A program made the translations under genes and the position numbers. The notes below the pieces were generated by a model. That model saw only the letters and a list, made by a program, of their open reading frames with translations, had not been told where the DNA came from and did not search any database. This document shows positions 26,567-29,488 of a DNA stretch of 29,488 bases, piece by piece. Origin of the DNA: a virus (taxonomy: Duplodnaviria; Caudoviricetes); IMG/VR virus record IMGVR_UViG_3300032290_000340, positions 1-29,488 of that record. One strand, given 5' to 3'. How positions within the stretch are numbered: position 1 is the first letter of the stretch; each line of letters starts with the position of its first letter.

Positions 26567-27015
26567 AAGACATCCTTGACGTATTTGGAGAACTACCTGA
26601 CTACCCCGGCAAGCGTGCCCCTAAAAACAGACCTGCGTCTCGTAACATTCCCTTTACTGTGGAAGACCCATACGCCAACATTCCTTTTAAAACTCTTGTC
26701 GTCAAAGGAGAAAAACAAACGTTCTACACTGTTGGAAACGTTGCTCGTATTCTTGGACGCAAAGCACAAACCCTTAGAAAATGGGAGAGCAAGGGGTGGA
26801 TTCCACCCGCAACATACCGAACAACAAAATCTTCTGGTTCGGACTTGCTAAACACCCAGTCGAGAGGGTATCGTCTCTACTCCCGAGAACAAGTTGAAAT
26901 AATCAGGCGAGGTCTTGAAATCAACGGACTTCTTGGGGAGAGAACCAAGACTTGGCAAAAGGCTGAGAAATGGAATTTATTCATCAACTACGTAAAGTCC
27001 AACTGGACTAAGTAA
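26563..27015 (+). CDS. MerR-type HTH DNA-binding protein
   Basis: YTVGNVARILGRKAQTLRKWESKGWIP...GYRLYSREQV. Confidence 0.85.
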   Translation: MKDILDVFGELPDYPGKRAPKNRPASRNIPFTVEDPYANIPFKTLVVKGEKQTFYTVGNVARILGRKAQTLRKWESKGWIPPATYRTTKSSGSDLLNTQSRGYRLYSREQVEIIRRGLEINGLLGERTKTWQKAEKWNLFINYVKSNWTK

Positions 27016-27038
27016 CAAACAATTAAGGAGCAACCAAT

Positions 27039-27767
27039 ATGGGCAGATGGGATGATTTCGAGGACGACGAGCAAGAGTTCGTCGAACCAAAGAAAACAAC
27101 AGACACAGGACTTTCTCGCAAGGCACGACCTGCGATGGACGAAGACGACGAGGACGATGCGCCAGCAAAGCCAACCGCCCGTGTTGTTCGTTCAGGTTGG
27201 GGTAGCGCCGACCGCACTTCTTCCACTACCGATAGCGAGTACGCAAAGCGTCTCAAGGTGACTGACGAAGTACAAATCATCAAGTTCTTGGACGACGAGC
27301 CATACGCTCGTTACCGCCAGCACTGGGTAGAGCGCAAAGGTCAGATGTCTTTCACATGCATCGCTGACATTGAGTCAGGAACCAACTGCCCACTCTGTGA
27401 AGCAGGTAGCCGTGCATCATGGCGTTTCAACTTCAACGTCGTTCTCTTGACTGCTGGTGAAGAGCCAGTGCTTCGTTCATACGAAGTCGGTGCACGAGTC
27501 ATTGACCAGTTGAAGAACTTCAATGACCACCCTGCAATGGGTCCACTTCCTAAGCACTACTGGACAGTCTCACGTTCGGGCAAGGGCGCAACAACAGCCA
27601 CCAATCATCAGATGGTGAAAAAAGACGACCTTGTTGATTGGAATATCGAGGCTCTTAATAAAGAGACCTTGGAGCACTTCTCCAGCATTTCCTACACGGA
27701 CGAAATCATTCGTACACCGTCTCGTAAGACACTCGCTGAAGTTGCTCTCGAAATTCAAACTGACTGA
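27039..27767 (+). CDS. Single-stranded DNA-binding protein (gp32-like, Zn-binding)
   Basis: AAGGAG RBS; IIKFLD, QHW, FTC...CPLC motifs; acidic N-terminus; directly upstream of the polymerase. Confidence 0.7.
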   Translation: MGRWDDFEDDEQEFVEPKKTTDTGLSRKARPAMDEDDEDDAPAKPTARVVRSGWGSADRTSSTTDSEYAKRLKVTDEVQIIKFLDDEPYARYRQHWVERKGQMSFTCIADIESGTNCPLCEAGSRASWRFNFNVVLLTAGEEPVLRSYEVGARVIDQLKNFNDHPAMGPLPKHYWTVSRSGKGATTATNHQMVKKDDLVDWNIEALNKETLEHFSSISYTDEIIRTPSRKTLAEVALEIQTD

Positions 27768-29488
27768 TGAACTACAGCGTCGTCACCTCCCTTGATGAGG
27801 TGCGTGATGCAGTTGCAATTATCCAGCGTCACGGGTCTTTCGTTTTTGACGTAGAGACTCGTGGCGTACTGGAGCGTCACCCTGACGTTCAAGAGTTTGT
27901 GGAGAGAGATTGGAAGGAACACCTTTCTAAACTCAAAACCCCAACTCCTGAGATTGCGCTCAAAGCACGACAGAACATTGAGGCACGCCATCGAGGCAAC
28001 CTTGCTCTTGACCCTATGCGTAATGAGGTCTTTTGGATTTCATTAGCAACGCACGGTCATTCTTGGGCAATCCCTATGGGGCACAAGGTTGGTATCATTT
28101 TGACACCAGAAGAAGTTGGTGATGGCACCACCATTCCTCCTGAGGGGTATCGCAAACTACTGAAGAGTGGTGAAGAATCCATGGCTAAAGCCAAGTATGT
28201 GATTCCTGCTGTGTATGACCAAGTGCCACATCAATTAAATCGTTCTGATGTTTTAGAAGTCCTTAGACCATTGTTCTTCAGTGACCTTGTTAAAGTTGGG
28301 CACAACGTAAAGTTTGATGCTCGCTCTATTGGCAAATACTACGGAGAGATTCCGCACGGACCGTTTGCTGACACCATCTTGATGCAACACGTTCTTAATG
28401 AAAACTTGATGTCTTATTCTCTGGAACAAGTCATCATGAAGAACTACGGTGGGTATAACCCCTACAAGCGTGAGGGTAAGGTCGGAAAGATTATTGACGA
28501 CGTACCTTTTGATGTGGCTTCTCGGTATGTCCACCTTGACGCACGATGGACGTGGATGCTGTACACCCGCATGTGGAGAGTCATCTCTAACCATGAGGAC
28601 TTGCACAAGTGTTTTGACCTTGACGCCAAGGTTCTCCGTGTCCTTATGGAGATGGAAGATAATGGCATCTTGGTTGATAGCCGTGCTCTCAAGAAGTTGG
28701 GTAAAGAACTTGACGGAAAGATTCGTGAGACGTTGCTTGCCATTAGTGAGCATGCCTTCGTAGGTTTCAACCCTGACTCAAACCCACACAAGCAGGCTCT
28801 CTTGTTTAACAAGAAGCGTGAAGGTGGTTTGGCATTGAAGCCTGTAAAGAAAACCGCAAAAGGCTCTGCGTCAGTAGATGAAGAGTCATTACAGAAGTTA
28901 AAGGGAGAGCACCCAGTTATCCCTTTGTTGTTGGAATACTCAGAAATGCAGAAACTTAAATCCACTTATGTGGAGGGACTCATCCCCAAGTTAAACAACA
29001 GTCGACTGCATCCTTCGTTCCACTTGCACCGAACAGCAACGGGTCGTCTTTCGTCTAGTAACCCAAACCTCCAGAACATTCCACGTTCGTCATCTGTCAG
29101 GAGTCTGTTTGTGGCTCCCGAAGGGTGCAGGTTACTGGTGGCTGACTACGACCAGATTGAACTTCGTGTTATGGCAATGTTCTCTCAGGACAAACAGATG
29201 ATGAGAATCTTTGCCAATGAAGAAGACATTCACGCTGGAGCCGCCGCTCTCATCTATAAGAAGCCCCTTGCGGAAGTAACTGACGAAGAGCGCCAAGTTG
29301 GTAAGGGTGTCAACTTCCTCACTGCCTACGGTGGTGGCGCAGGTAAGTTGGCAAACACTACTGGTATTACCTTTGAGGAAGCCAAAGAGATTATTGACAA
29401 TTACTACAAGCAGTTCTCAGGAATTACCGAGTGGAAGCGTCAGGTAGTTGCCAGTGGTCGGAGCAAGGGGTACGTGACCACCATGTCA
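27767..29488 (+). CDS. polA: Family A DNA polymerase (3'-5' exonuclease + polymerase), truncated at the right edge
   Basis: TGATG-coupled ATG at 27767, open to the window end and absent from the ORF track; ExoI FDVET, ExoII HNVKFD, ExoIII YVHLD, TATGRLSSSNPNLQNIP, motif A DYDQIELR, motif B RQVGKGVNFLTAYG. Confidence 0.96.
   Translation, partial: MNYSVVTSLDEVRDAVAIIQRHGSFVFDVETRGVLERHPDVQEFVERDWKEHLSKLKTPTPEIALKARQNIEARHRGNLALDPMRNEVFWISLATHGHSWAIPMGHKVGIILTPEEVGDGTTIPPEGYRKLLKSGEESMAKAKYVIPAVYDQVPHQLNRSDVLEVLRPLFFSDLVKVGHNVKFDARSIGKYYGEIPHGPFADTILMQHVLNENLMSYSLEQVIMKNYGGYNPYKREGKVGKIIDDVPFDVASRYVHLDARWTWMLYTRMWRVISNHEDLHKCFDLDAKVLRVLMEMEDNGILVDSRALKKLGKELDGKIRETLLAISEHAFVGFNPDSNPHKQALLFNKKREGGLALKPVKKTAKGSASVDEESLQKLKGEHPVIPLLLEYSEMQKLKSTYVEGLIPKLNNSRLHPSFHLHRTATGRLSSSNPNLQNIPRSSSVRSLFVAPEGCRLLVADYDQIELRVMAMFSQDKQMMRIFANEEDIHAGAAALIYKKPLAEVTDEERQVGKGVNFLTAYGGGAGKLANTTGITFEEAKEIIDNYYKQFSGITEWKRQVVASGRSKGYVTTMS

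Noticed and set aside
27755-28965. Short ORF-track ORFs in the last 1.7 kb, and the other antisense or nested ORFs across the window
   Set aside because: They are shadows of longer genes with clear motifs; this stretch is occupied by the polymerase.
22467-29488. Inteins or introns in DnaB, SNF2 helicase or PolA
   Set aside because: Protein lengths are normal, motifs are contiguous, and no intein splice-junction motifs were seen.
27767-29488. DpoZ / 2-aminoadenine genome
   Set aside because: No purZ or dATPase gene in the window; motif deviations alone are insufficient.
1-29488. tRNA, rRNA, integrase or transposase
   Set aside because: Intergenic gaps are short, and no cloverleaf or recombinase motifs were seen.

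Overview
The window is an internal fragment of a tailed dsDNA phage with a contractile tail (myovirus). Its gene order resembles Bxz1/E3-like actinobacteriophages, and apparent leaderless promoters also point to an actinobacterial host (inference). Left to right: small post-capsid proteins and a fibre/FN3-adhesin pair (1-2924); neck, sheath, tube, chaperone, tape measure with two peptidoglycan hydrolase domains, and baseplate genes (2933-17945); a holin-like gene and a Rho-N-like protein (17942-19033); a leftward three-gene cassette headed by a Mom-family DNA modification gene (19034-20206); a divergent control region (20207-20476); and a replication module running off the right end (wHTH initiator carrying iterons, DnaC-like loader, DnaB, DnaG, SNF2 helicase, MerR-HTH, SSB, family A polymerase). 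Main observations not shown by the ORF track: (i) extreme motif avoidance, with no GATC found by manual scan, AGCT/GCWGC/CCWGG/CGCG apparently absent, and the only five GGCC sites all overlapping CCGG; (ii) a candidate ~110-nt leftward sRNA with its own promoter and terminator and two anti-SD motifs, back-to-back with the initiator promoter; (iii) an iteron origin inside a possibly split initiator; (iv) a +1/-2 frameshift extension of the tail chaperone; (v) a 14-bp direct repeat (GDPMP) bracketing the lytic cassette of the tape measure; (vi) no baseplate spike gene at the usual position. All calls come from manual motif reading; no database search was run.
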